Shown: positions 1 through 6,965 of the stretch, in pieces
How the letters are laid out: the number at the start of each line of letters is the position of its first letter
Numbering within the stretch: the stretch's first letter is position 1
IMG/VR virus record: IMGVR_UViG_3300037502_000347
Coordinates: 1-36,059 of that record
Reading direction: 5' to 3' (one strand)
Source: a virus
DNA length: 36,059 nucleotides
The notes under the pieces: generated by a model
Database searches by the model: none
The model's input: only the letters and a program-made list of their open reading frames with translations
What the model was told of the DNA's origin: nothing
Position numbers and translations under genes: made by a program

Positions 1-127
1 CCATACGCAATCTGGCGACCTTGCTGATGCCCAGCGAAGCAAGACATGTGTTTCTTTGTGAGAATAGCATTGGCAGTTGTGATAGGACGACCCATAGGGC
101 CAGAGGTAAAGTAATGACTATAAGCAA
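1..127. repeat. Left copy of an exact 127-bp terminal direct repeat (identical to 35933..36059). Interpreted as circular-assembly overlap.
   Basis: Read by eye: ccatacgcaatctggcgacc...aagtaatgactataagcaa occurs at both window ends. The repeat lies inside an open reading frame. Confidence 0.9.
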
Positions 128-572
128 CACCATCAATAACAACAACGTCAAGGAATGGATATACTTCCCAGTCTTGGTACGGTAAATCGTCAATTGACAT
201 CAGCCCTTCTAGTTTACTATCCTCATTGATAGCACGATTGATTCTGTTTTCGTGGTTGCCTAGAGTGAGAACCATTCTAGGTTTGTATTGCTTGTGTTTG
301 TTTTTCTTTGCAGTCTTGTTGTATCTAAAGAGTGGTTCTAGCAACGCATCCATAGCGTCTCTAGCTGCAAATAAATCCTTGGTGTACCTCTTACCCTCAA
401 ATGATTTTAAACCTTTGTCATACGTCGACAACGATTCCATGTCTGCGAAATCGCCTATGCAAATTATTGTGTCGGGCTGTTTTTCTACAATAAAATTTCC
501 AAGGCATTTAAGGAAAGTGAAATCATTACCATCCTTTGCTTGAACATCTGGTATGACTAAGTGTACTGGCAT
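1..572 (-). CDS. Metallophosphoesterase (calcineurin-like), N-terminal 190 codons. Same gene as 35743..36059 across the circular junction (253 aa in total).
   Basis: My translation from the ATG at 572..570 gives MPVHLVIPDVQAKDGNDFTFLKCLGNFIVEKQPDTIICIGDFADMES...MVLTLGNHENRINRAI. It contains the GD and GNHE phosphoesterase motifs. The frame runs off the left edge and is continued exactly by track ORF 35743..36027. The endolysin stop abuts this start (TAA ATG). Confidence 0.8.
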   Translation of the reverse strand, partial: MPVHLVIPDVQAKDGNDFTFLKCLGNFIVEKQPDTIICIGDFADMESLSTYDKGLKSFEGKRYTKDLFAARDAMDALLEPLFRYNKTAKKNKHKQYKPRMVLTLGNHENRINRAINEDSKLEGLMSIDDLPYQDWEVYPFLDVVVIDGVAYSHYFTSGPMGRPITTANAILTKKHMSCFAGHQQGRQIAY

Positions 573-1139
573 TTATTTACCACGAAACATTGCTGCTTCA
601 TCCTTGCGTCTGTTGTCAAGACCTCTTAATACTTTACCACCAGCTTTATTATACTTGAGTAAACTTTCAATAGCCGCAACTTTATCCCCACGCAAAAGCG
701 CTTGACGGAAGGTTGAGCGCTGTAGTGTACCAAGACCCAAGTTAAAGCTAAAGCTGACAGCACAATCAAATTCACCCTGTGTAAGTTTGACAGGTATAAA
801 TCGGGCAACCCCACGCTCAAATCTTTCGACATCTTTAGCCAGTAGTGCGTCAACTTCTTCCTTGCTCCATGTTCGGTTATCCTCTGGACGTAAAGGCCAT
901 GCCTTACGCCTTGCCATTCCTTCTGGGGTAGAAGGTATCTTACCTTGCTCTGGATATAATACATGACCCACACCAATCGTGTACAGTTTTGCAGGACACA
1001 GGTATGGTTTATATCTTACACCTTCATGGTGCTTTAACATCTCTAATAATTGTTTACTTACCTTCACGATGTTTTTCCCATTGGCGTGAACCAAAGTAGA
1101 AACCAATAATGCTAGATACAATTGCCATCTCGTCATCAC
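573..1139 (-). CDS. Endolysin, GH24 T4/P21-type lysozyme with an N-terminal signal or SAR segment
   Basis: HHEGVRYKPYLCPAKLYTIGVGH gives Glu-8aa-Cys-5aa-Thr, the Glu-8aa-Asp/Cys-5aa-Thr lysozyme triad. The N-terminus MTRWQLYLALLVSTLVHA/NG is hydrophobic with a VHA (AXA-like) site. The track start at 1139 is GTG; an ATG lies at 1136. Confidence 0.85.
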   Translation of the reverse strand: MMTRWQLYLALLVSTLVHANGKNIVKVSKQLLEMLKHHEGVRYKPYLCPAKLYTIGVGHVLYPEQGKIPSTPEGMARRKAWPLRPEDNRTWSKEEVDALLAKDVERFERGVARFIPVKLTQGEFDCAVSFSFNLGLGTLQRSTFRQALLRGDKVAAIESLLKYNKAGGKVLRGLDNRRKDEAAMFRGK

Positions 1140-1551
1140 TGAAACAGTTATTCATAGCAACAGTAAAGTCAACGCCAGTATAGATTGCCCAGCCTAAACC
1201 TACAAGGTCTACAGCAACAAGTAATCCAACAAAAGTAAATGCAATATATGGACGTACTCTAGCGTTCAAGTCTACAGTAGATTGAGATGCCTTGTCCATT
1301 AGCTTCATGTCGTGTGCATACAATGCCTCACGCTCTTGAGTGTATGTCTCAGCTAGTGTTGATTCATATTCAATCGCAGCAATCTTCTCTTGTGATTGCA
1401 AGCCAGCAGTAGCCATAGCAAGCTCACGTTCACTTTGCATTTTAGCCATTGCCATCTCATGCTTCTGGTCTCCCTTCTGTTGGAAGTAACCTAAGATAGA
1501 TGGTAGTGCTGATGAGCCGATACCTAATAGACCTGATAGTATTGATAACAT
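1054..1551 (-). CDS. Putative holin (3TM GTA-holin-like architecture)
   Basis: 165 aa. It has a Gly/Ser-rich amphipathic N-terminus (LSGLLGIGSSALPSILGYF) and a charged helical middle. Two C-terminal hydrophobic helices follow (YIAFTFVGLLVAVDLVGLGWAIY and MAIVSSIIGFYFG). It sits immediately upstream of the endolysin and overlaps it. The family resemblance (PF11351-like) is from memory. Confidence 0.6.
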   Translation of the reverse strand: MLSILSGLLGIGSSALPSILGYFQQKGDQKHEMAMAKMQSERELAMATAGLQSQEKIAAIEYESTLAETYTQEREALYAHDMKLMDKASQSTVDLNARVRPYIAFTFVGLLVAVDLVGLGWAIYTGVDFTVAMNNCFSDDEMAIVSSIIGFYFGSRQWEKHREGK

Positions 1552-1552
1552 G

Positions 1553-2023
1553 TTAGTTTCCTAGTGGGTTAGTTGATGCTTTCTGCAACGCTTTCATGCG
1601 AGCTTCTAAGCCTTCTTTAGTTGACTTAATTTCTTCTCTGATGCTAGACAATGCAGCATTAACTTCTCTGCCTGTACCATTAGCAGATGCCTTGGCTTCC
1701 ATTGCTTCACCTTTAGCTGTAGATGCTTTCTCTGACACAGCAACTAACTGATTAGATGATGCGACCATGCTGTCTTTAACATTGTTGACAGATGATTCCA
1801 TGCCAGATAGTTGTATCTTTAAACGACCAATCTCATTGCGTAACTCTGTGTCATCATAAGGCTTGGCTTCTTCAATGGCCTCAGTCGCAGCTATAACACG
1901 GTTGTATGTCGTTATGCCAACGTAGATTGCCCCAGAGCCTGTCGTTACGATTCCTAAAAGAATCGCCCACATCGTTGTCGGTGAGAAGTTGAAGTAAGAA
2001 ACTTTGGTTTCCTCTGATTCCAT
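1553..2023 (-). CDS. Type II membrane protein with a long periplasmic coiled coil (i-spanin-like)
   Basis: 156 aa. A strong SD precedes the start (AGGAG, 7 nt, ATG at 2023). It has a single N-terminal TM segment, MWAILLGIVTTGSGAIYVGITTY, followed by an Ala/Glu/Lys/Ser-rich helical region. Size and topology match Rz-type i-spanins; the function is inferred. Confidence 0.6.
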   Translation of the reverse strand: MESEETKVSYFNFSPTTMWAILLGIVTTGSGAIYVGITTYNRVIAATEAIEEAKPYDDTELRNEIGRLKIQLSGMESSVNNVKDSMVASSNQLVAVSEKASTAKGEAMEAKASANGTGREVNAALSSIREEIKSTKEGLEARMKALQKASTNPLGN

Positions 2024-2963
2024 CTGGTAGCTCCTGTGTGTAGTCTAATGCTATTGCTAATGTTTGCTCTTGCTTTATTGCTGGAGCATTTAAAATCTCT
2101 AGGCTCATCACAAGCCCAAAGCCTGGTACTAACTGTTTACCTTTCGGTACTTCTATCTTGTTGCCTTCTGTCTTTGTTTCCTTCTGCTCAGAAGTGCTGG
2201 CTGATGATTCCACCTTGGCTTCTGCCTTCGTCTCCACCTTCGCCTCTACCTTTGTCTCCACCTTGACTTCCACTGGGGATAAAGGATGGCTCGGAGTATT
2301 CATCACCTCTGTCTGCATCTGCACACTCTCCGTCGGGGCAGTTACAGATTCTTGTTGCGTGACAGGAGCAGATGTGGGCATCTCTATCGCCGATGTCGGA
2401 CTGACAGGACTTGTCACATTCTGCACGTTCGTTAGCTCTTGCTTGCATGAGCTGCTTGTCTCTACCCATGGCCCAAAAATGGGTTCCCCGTACGGGTCTG
2501 GACAAGTTGAACTTTGCTGGAGCATGACTGTTCCAGTGTAACCATCTTGACACGCTACTTGCTTTTCTTGAGTAGAGACTTGGCATGTTGGAGGGTCTGG
2601 CGAACAGTTGTCAGAAGTTGTAACCCAAGGCCCCATAGTTTCATCAGGGCAGGAGTTACTGCGGCTTTGATTGATAGCACCAGAGTAATGCACTGGGCAA
2701 GCAAGGCTTTGATTTTCAACGAGCTGCTGACACACAGGTTCAGGAGTTCCACAGATTGGGTCTTGAGGACGGTAAGGACACCAAGCAATTGCGAGAGCTT
2801 CTTCGTTAGATATGTCGTAGCATTGGAGATTAGTAACCCAGCCTTCTGGGCTAGGCGTGTAAGTACAGTACCAAGCATGTGCATTATTCGCTCCTATCAG
2901 TAACCAAAGGTAAAGTAAATGTCGGGCCATATAGTTCAATGAACCACTCAGGGTGTAACTCAT
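1881..2963 (-). CDS. Secreted Cys-rich repeat protein, function unknown
   Basis: Track ORF 1881..2999 starts at GTG. The ATG at 2963 has an AAGGAG SD 8 nt upstream. The signal-like segment is ...ARHLLYLWLLIGANNAHA/WYC. There are 12 Cys in the first ~165 mature residues, including two ~35-aa repeats (AC..Y.G...S.CPD...GPWV.TS..C). A VEVKVETKVEAKVETKAEAKVE linker follows, and the C-terminus ends CYSCD. The gene overlaps both neighbours. Confidence 0.7.
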   Translation of the reverse strand: MSYTLSGSLNYMARHLLYLWLLIGANNAHAWYCTYTPSPEGWVTNLQCYDISNEEALAIAWCPYRPQDPICGTPEPVCQQLVENQSLACPVHYSGAINQSRSNSCPDETMGPWVTTSDNCSPDPPTCQVSTQEKQVACQDGYTGTVMLQQSSTCPDPYGEPIFGPWVETSSSCKQELTNVQNVTSPVSPTSAIEMPTSAPVTQQESVTAPTESVQMQTEVMNTPSHPLSPVEVKVETKVEAKVETKAEAKVESSASTSEQKETKTEGNKIEVPKGKQLVPGFGLVMSLEILNAPAIKQEQTLAIALDYTQELPDGIRGNQSFLLQLLTDNDVGDSFRNRNDRLWGNLRWHNDIQPCYSCD

Positions 2964-3468
2964 ACCATGCTCTCCTTGCTGCATTACCAATAGCGCCACC
3001 TATCGGACAAGGTGAACCTGACATCTCCATCGCCATCCAGTTTTCACGGGTAGCTTGACAAGCTAAAGATACTGCTGCTACTTTCAATCCACTATCGTGA
3101 AAGAACTTAGCCCACTTTAACTTGACACAGTTCTGGTCTGTAATCATGGTGCCACCAGCGACAGAAAATACACCGCCATTAACTGCGCCACTAACACCAA
3201 TACCACAAACGTCTTGAGAGAAAGCTGACATCGAAGGAGCCATTGCACTAGGGACTGGTTGCCCCTTATAGTTAATGGTCGTGCTGTCAGCATGTGCATA
3301 ACTTTGAGTAAGTAAGAATACAATGACAAAGCCAGCAACCCCTAATAGGATTTGCTCTAAACGTTTAAGCCTAGCATTGATAGTCTCATACCTAAAGGCA
3401 CAAACTTCTTCATGCGTATTAAGTCTAGCTTCAACGTCGTGTGCGTCTTTAGATTGTGCAAGCTGCAT
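2884..3468 (-). CDS. Bitopic membrane protein with a Cys-containing periplasmic domain, function unknown
   Basis: 194 aa. The SD GGAGGAG precedes the ATG at 3468. The N-terminal cytoplasmic helix is DVEARLNTHEEVCAFRYETINARLKRLEQ and the TM segment is ILLGVAGFVIVFLLTQSYAHA. A ~135-aa domain with 4 Cys follows. Confidence 0.7.
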   Translation of the reverse strand: MQLAQSKDAHDVEARLNTHEEVCAFRYETINARLKRLEQILLGVAGFVIVFLLTQSYAHADSTTINYKGQPVPSAMAPSMSAFSQDVCGIGVSGAVNGGVFSVAGGTMITDQNCVKLKWAKFFHDSGLKVAAVSLACQATRENWMAMEMSGSPCPIGGAIGNAARRAWYELHPEWFIELYGPTFTLPLVTDRSE

Positions 3469-3470
3469 TA

Positions 3471-3614
3471 CTACTCCTCCGCTGGTTCTGGTGTATTGCC
3501 TTCGTCAAGCCATGCTAGATATTCTTGATAATCTGTGTTAGCTGGGTCAAATGGAATACAAGCACCATCTGATATGCGTTTTATGCAATTTTCATTTACA
3601 GTAAGTTTGTACAT
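3471..3614 (-). CDS. Small conserved-looking protein downstream of the tail fibre (47 aa)
   Basis: My translation is [47 protein letters not shown]. The ORF is below the track cutoff. The motif DGA.IP.D..N.DY..YLAWL..GNTPEPA is common in small ORFs next to phage fibres (recollection). Confidence 0.6.
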   Translation of the reverse strand: MYKLTVNENCIKRISDGACIPFDPANTDYQEYLAWLDEGNTPEPAEE

Positions 3615-3617
3615 TGT

Positions 3618-4721
3618 TTATAGCTCCGCACTAAATTCCATAGAAGCACCAGAAGTTCCCTCAAGTAAAACTGGTCTTTCAGATGCCCATGTTCCAGACT
3701 GTCTATTTATTTCTAATCCTGCTGAATTGTTTGACATTGTTGTATAAACAAAAGTAGAGTTTAGTGTAGTGGCAGTGCCATCTCCAGTTTTTGCAATAAA
3801 TGAACCTAATCCAGTTGCTGTAGGAGTTGCTCTCATTGTTGTTGGCAATGCCATATAAAATTGTGTTGAACCACTACCGTTTCTAGTTTGACCAGAACCG
3901 CACCACCCAGTACTAGTAGTTAATTTCCAATAGTAGCGTTGGCATAACTGCAACTCTTGACCATAAGGTCTATAGTCAAATGATGTAGCTGTAGAGCCTT
4001 TTTCTAATTGAACGCCTGTGATGTAGAAGGTAGCCCCGCTAGTGCCGACTACAGATGTAGCGCCTGTTGCAGAAGTATAGTTAGCAGTTGCCCATGCTCC
4101 AGCAGTTCCACTTAATGTAGAGCCTGTTCCCATGTTGAAATCAATATCAATTCCAACACCGTTTGTTGTAAGCCATGTTCCTGTGGTATCTCCAGCAATA
4201 GTTATGGATTTTTGTTCCCATGTATTAGCAGAAGAAATTGTGTAAGTAAATGGGTAGCTTCTACTTTGTGATGAGTTTCTTAATGCTCCACCAAATGTTC
4301 CAGTAAGAGAGCTTCTCACCCAAAAGGATAATGTGATTGCTTGAGCATTTGCAGTTCCCCAAGCTAAATCTGTTACATTAAATCCTTCTATTCTTTGACC
4401 AATAAAATATGTATCTCCAGAGCCAACAGATGTTGCAGCAGACGAAGTAACTCCAAGATAATTAATAAATCCAACAGGCGGTGTTACTGCGCCTGCGTTT
4501 TGTTGAACTGTAAATTTAGAAGTTACTGAACCAAATAAATAATATCTATCTAAACAGTACCCTAATGCAGCAGTTTGAGTAACACTAGCCCCAGCATTAC
4601 GCTGGTCAATCATCATCGCACCATTAATCAAACGGTTACGCATACCAGGAAGCGATGCAGTATTCTGGGTACTGCCATCATTAAATGTAAGGCCACCAGA
4701 CCCGTTAAGTGTTACGCTCAT
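3618..4721 (-). CDS. Tail fibre protein (distal, receptor-binding candidate)
   Basis: 367 aa. The N-terminus MSVTLNGSGGLTFNDGSTQNTA is a fibre-type conserved motif. The composition is Gly/Ser/Thr-rich and beta-type. It is the last gene of the fibre locus. Confidence 0.7.
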   Translation of the reverse strand: MSVTLNGSGGLTFNDGSTQNTASLPGMRNRLINGAMMIDQRNAGASVTQTAALGYCLDRYYLFGSVTSKFTVQQNAGAVTPPVGFINYLGVTSSAATSVGSGDTYFIGQRIEGFNVTDLAWGTANAQAITLSFWVRSSLTGTFGGALRNSSQSRSYPFTYTISSANTWEQKSITIAGDTTGTWLTTNGVGIDIDFNMGTGSTLSGTAGAWATANYTSATGATSVVGTSGATFYITGVQLEKGSTATSFDYRPYGQELQLCQRYYWKLTTSTGWCGSGQTRNGSGSTQFYMALPTTMRATPTATGLGSFIAKTGDGTATTLNSTFVYTTMSNNSAGLEINRQSGTWASERPVLLEGTSGASMEFSAEL

Positions 4722-4894
4722 GCTTGCTCCTCTGTTGGGATTGATGGAGATACAAACTCTTTACCATTGTATGTCCACTCTGTTGTCACTGAATCAGGGC
4801 AGTTAATCCAATATAATGGTTTAGCTACTTCAAATGGTACTGCTTCTACTTGAGCAATACGGTTGTCTTCGTTTGGGCTAATCAATGCTTTCAT
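4718..4894 (-). CDS. Small fibre-locus protein (58 aa)
   Basis: The track ORF is 4718..4909. The ATG at 4894 lies just after the upstream stop and gives MKALISPNEDNRIAQVEAVPFEVAKPLYWINCPDSV.... This sequence type recurs between phage fibre genes (recollection). An ATGA overlap links it to the next gene. Confidence 0.6.
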   Translation of the reverse strand: MKALISPNEDNRIAQVEAVPFEVAKPLYWINCPDSVTTEWTYNGKEFVSPSIPTEEQA

Positions 4895-4895
4895 A

Positions 4896-5675
4896 TTAAT
4901 ACTCCACAATAACTACGCCAGCAGCACCAGATGCGCCAATTCTATTATCCCTAGCACCTCCAGCTCCGCCACCGTATGCTCCACCAGCAGTACCAACCCC
5001 AGCACTCATGGGCGCACCACCACCGAAAATTGAAGACCCACCGACACCAGGTATAGCGGAATTCGCGTATGGAGTACCACATCCACCGCGAATGTTTAAA
5101 TCCCCGCCTGAACCAATTCCACCTAAAGCACTCGCCACAATAGTATTGTCTCCGCCTTTCCCTCCAGCACCACCAGTTGCCGAACAGTAAGCACCAAAAC
5201 TCGATGTGTTGCCTGCACCACCGTAGCCTGAACCATAGTTACTACCACCACCACCAGTGCCTACTGTTACTGAAACAGTGCTTGCAGGAGTCAGCCCTGA
5301 AACTACTTTAATTGCTGCACCCCCACCTGCCCCACCACCGCCAGAGAATGAGCCTGAGTTTGCTCCACCGCCGCCACCACCACCACCAACTACTGTGACT
5401 TTAACTTTAGTCACTCCTGCTGGAACGGTGAATGTACCTGATGACGTAAACACTTCCATGTTACTAAAACCACCAGCAAGACCTGTTAAACCTGCACCAT
5501 CACCTACAAATGATGTAGCAGTAATTGTGCCAGCAGTAGAGATGTTACCACTACCATCTTTCAGTGGTATCTCACCACCAGTGACAGGTACAGTAAGTGT
5601 AACGTCAGTAGCAATGCTTGATGCTGGCTCTATGTTGACGCCACCACCACCGCTTGTTAATAATCTAATTCCCAT
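4896..5675 (-). CDS. Glycine-rich fibre-like protein
   Basis: 259 aa. It contains SSGTFTVPAGVTKVKVTVVGGGGGGGG followed by long Gly runs. This resembles the glycine-rich-domain proteins found in phage fibre loci. Confidence 0.7.
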   Translation of the reverse strand: MGIRLLTSGGGGVNIEPASSIATDVTLTVPVTGGEIPLKDGSGNISTAGTITATSFVGDGAGLTGLAGGFSNMEVFTSSGTFTVPAGVTKVKVTVVGGGGGGGGANSGSFSGGGGAGGGAAIKVVSGLTPASTVSVTVGTGGGGSNYGSGYGGAGNTSSFGAYCSATGGAGGKGGDNTIVASALGGIGSGGDLNIRGGCGTPYANSAIPGVGGSSIFGGGAPMSAGVGTAGGAYGGGAGGARDNRIGASGAAGVVIVEY

Positions 5676-5676
5676 G

Positions 5677-5841
5677 TTAAGCTCCTAGTGCTTCGATTTT
5701 AGCAGTCAACTCTTGTAACTGTGCAAGCAGTTCTGCCTTTGTTGGTTCTGGTGGGGCTACATACTCAGGAACTTCCCATGTCACAGGAGCATCTTCGTGT
5801 TCTGTAGTTTCGCCTGTTTGTAAATTAACTTCAATTCTCAT
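5677..5841 (-). CDS. Small fibre-locus protein (54 aa)
   Basis: My translation is MRIEVNLQTGETTEHEDAPVTWEVPEYVAPPEPTKAELLAQLQELTAKIEALGA. It fills the gap between two fibre genes exactly. Confidence 0.55.
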   Translation of the reverse strand: MRIEVNLQTGETTEHEDAPVTWEVPEYVAPPEPTKAELLAQLQELTAKIEALGA

Positions 5842-5843
5842 GA

Positions 5844-6473
5844 CTATCCTTCATACATAACGTTAATAGAACCTGCATCGAATGTATCTGTACCGTTTAC
5901 TGTGGTAATGCGTACTCTATCAAGAGTTCCAGATAAATTTATATTTCCACCACCATTTGGACAAGCCCCACCTGAATTTGCATACCCGCTATGAGAACTA
6001 CACCATAAATTTGATGATACATTTACTATTTGCATATTTCCTATAAATGTATTTCCAGCCGCAGCAATTAAAACAACAAAACCAGTTGTAACATTTACTC
6101 CAGCAGTAGCATTTGAAACTGCGCTTGATGCGCCAGAACTTCCACTAGCATATCCTGAAGTTGTTACGGAGCCAGAGCCAATTTGAACTAACAAATTTGA
6201 TGAGCCACTTAAACTAACTCCACTAAACATCACAGTAATACGCTTAACCCATGAAGGAATACTTGTAAAGTCAATACTTGTACCACTTGTAGAAGCTACA
6301 GCAGTACCTTGTGTTAAAGGTTGGCTTAGTTTTGCAGGAGTTACTGCACTAGCTGCAATCTTCCCAGCAGTAATTGCAGAATCTGCAATGTCGTTTGTAG
6401 CAATTGTATTGTCAGGCAAACCGCCAGCAGACAATCCAACTATCGTTCCATCACCACTTAAAGTCATCGACAT
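5844..6473 (-). CDS. Tail fibre-like protein
   Basis: 209 aa. It contains IADSAITAGKIAASAVTPAKLSQPLTQGTAVASTSGTSIDFTSIPSWVKRITVMF, a fibre-type sequence. The composition is Gly/Ser-rich. Confidence 0.65.
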   Translation of the reverse strand: MSMTLSGDGTIVGLSAGGLPDNTIATNDIADSAITAGKIAASAVTPAKLSQPLTQGTAVASTSGTSIDFTSIPSWVKRITVMFSGVSLSGSSNLLVQIGSGSVTTSGYASGSSGASSAVSNATAGVNVTTGFVVLIAAAGNTFIGNMQIVNVSSNLWCSSHSGYANSGGACPNGGGNINLSGTLDRVRITTVNGTDTFDAGSINVMYEG

Positions 6474-6483
6474 AATTTAATCC

Positions 6484-6963
6484 TTAAACAATTACCCAAG
6501 TTGCGCCACTTGGAATAGTTACAGTAACGCCACTATTAATTGTAATAGGGCCAGCACTTACAGCATTCTTGCCTGTTGTTAGCGTATAGTTAGTAGTAAC
6601 AGTTTGACCATTCTCTAAGAACACTTCATCTGTACCACCACCAGTAGCACCGCCACCAACAGAACCCCAAGCAGAACCTGTGTAAATCTCAGCCTTGCCT
6701 AGTGTTGTATTGAAACGGAAGTAACCAGTTGCTGGGCTACCATCTCGCTCGGCAGTTGTACCATTAGGCACTTTAGCAGAACCAGTTGCTGATGTTTGTG
6801 TGACTACCCCTGCTTCTTTAGCTAATGGGAATCCACCTACAGTTGAGCCGTCATGGACAACAACCGTATCTTTCGTAGTATCTACCGTAATCTCACCTTC
6901 TGCACCAGTAAATGTACTGTGGGCAGATGTGGTTCCTCTACGGAGTTTTAAGGCTGTTGCCAT
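6484..6963 (-). CDS. Tail fibre-like protein with an Mtd_N/hyaluronidase-type N-terminal motif
   Basis: 159 aa. The N-terminus is ALKLRRGTTSAHSTFTGAEGEITVDTTKDTVVVHDGSTVGG. Confidence 0.65.
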   Translation of the reverse strand: MATALKLRRGTTSAHSTFTGAEGEITVDTTKDTVVVHDGSTVGGFPLAKEAGVVTQTSATGSAKVPNGTTAERDGSPATGYFRFNTTLGKAEIYTGSAWGSVGGGATGGGTDEVFLENGQTVTTNYTLTTGKNAVSAGPITINSGVTVTIPSGATWVIV

Positions 6964-6965
6964 AA

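Noticed and set aside
1-127. The terminal repeat as a genuine T7-style DTR
   Set aside because: The repeat lies inside a coding frame that is only complete when the ends are joined. It therefore fits an assembly overlap on a circular or concatemeric template better.
226-543. Plus-strand 105-aa ORF
   Set aside because: It is antisense to the metallophosphoesterase frame, which carries clear motifs. It starts at TTG and has a hydrophobic junk composition.
1553-2023. An embedded Rz1-like o-spanin inside the i-spanin-like gene
   Set aside because: I translated the alternative frames. Only short ORFs of 24 aa or fewer appear, and none has a lipobox-Cys.
2036-2903. Plus-strand ORFs 2036..2266, 2158..2541 and 2514..2903, and minus-strand ORFs 2188..2586 and 2555..2884
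   Set aside because: All lie inside the Cys-rich secreted protein gene in other frames. Their sequences are junk-like and they lack ribosome-binding sites.
5008-5688. Pro-rich plus-strand ORFs (5008..5190 and 5257..5688)
   Set aside because: They are antisense shadows of the Gly-rich fibre gene, because GGN codons read as NCC. They have no SD and their sequence is low-complexity.
6484-6963. The Mtd_N-like N-terminus as evidence of a diversity-generating retroelement
   Set aside because: There is no reverse transcriptase and no template/variable repeat pair anywhere in the genome. The motif is a general fibre N-terminal module.
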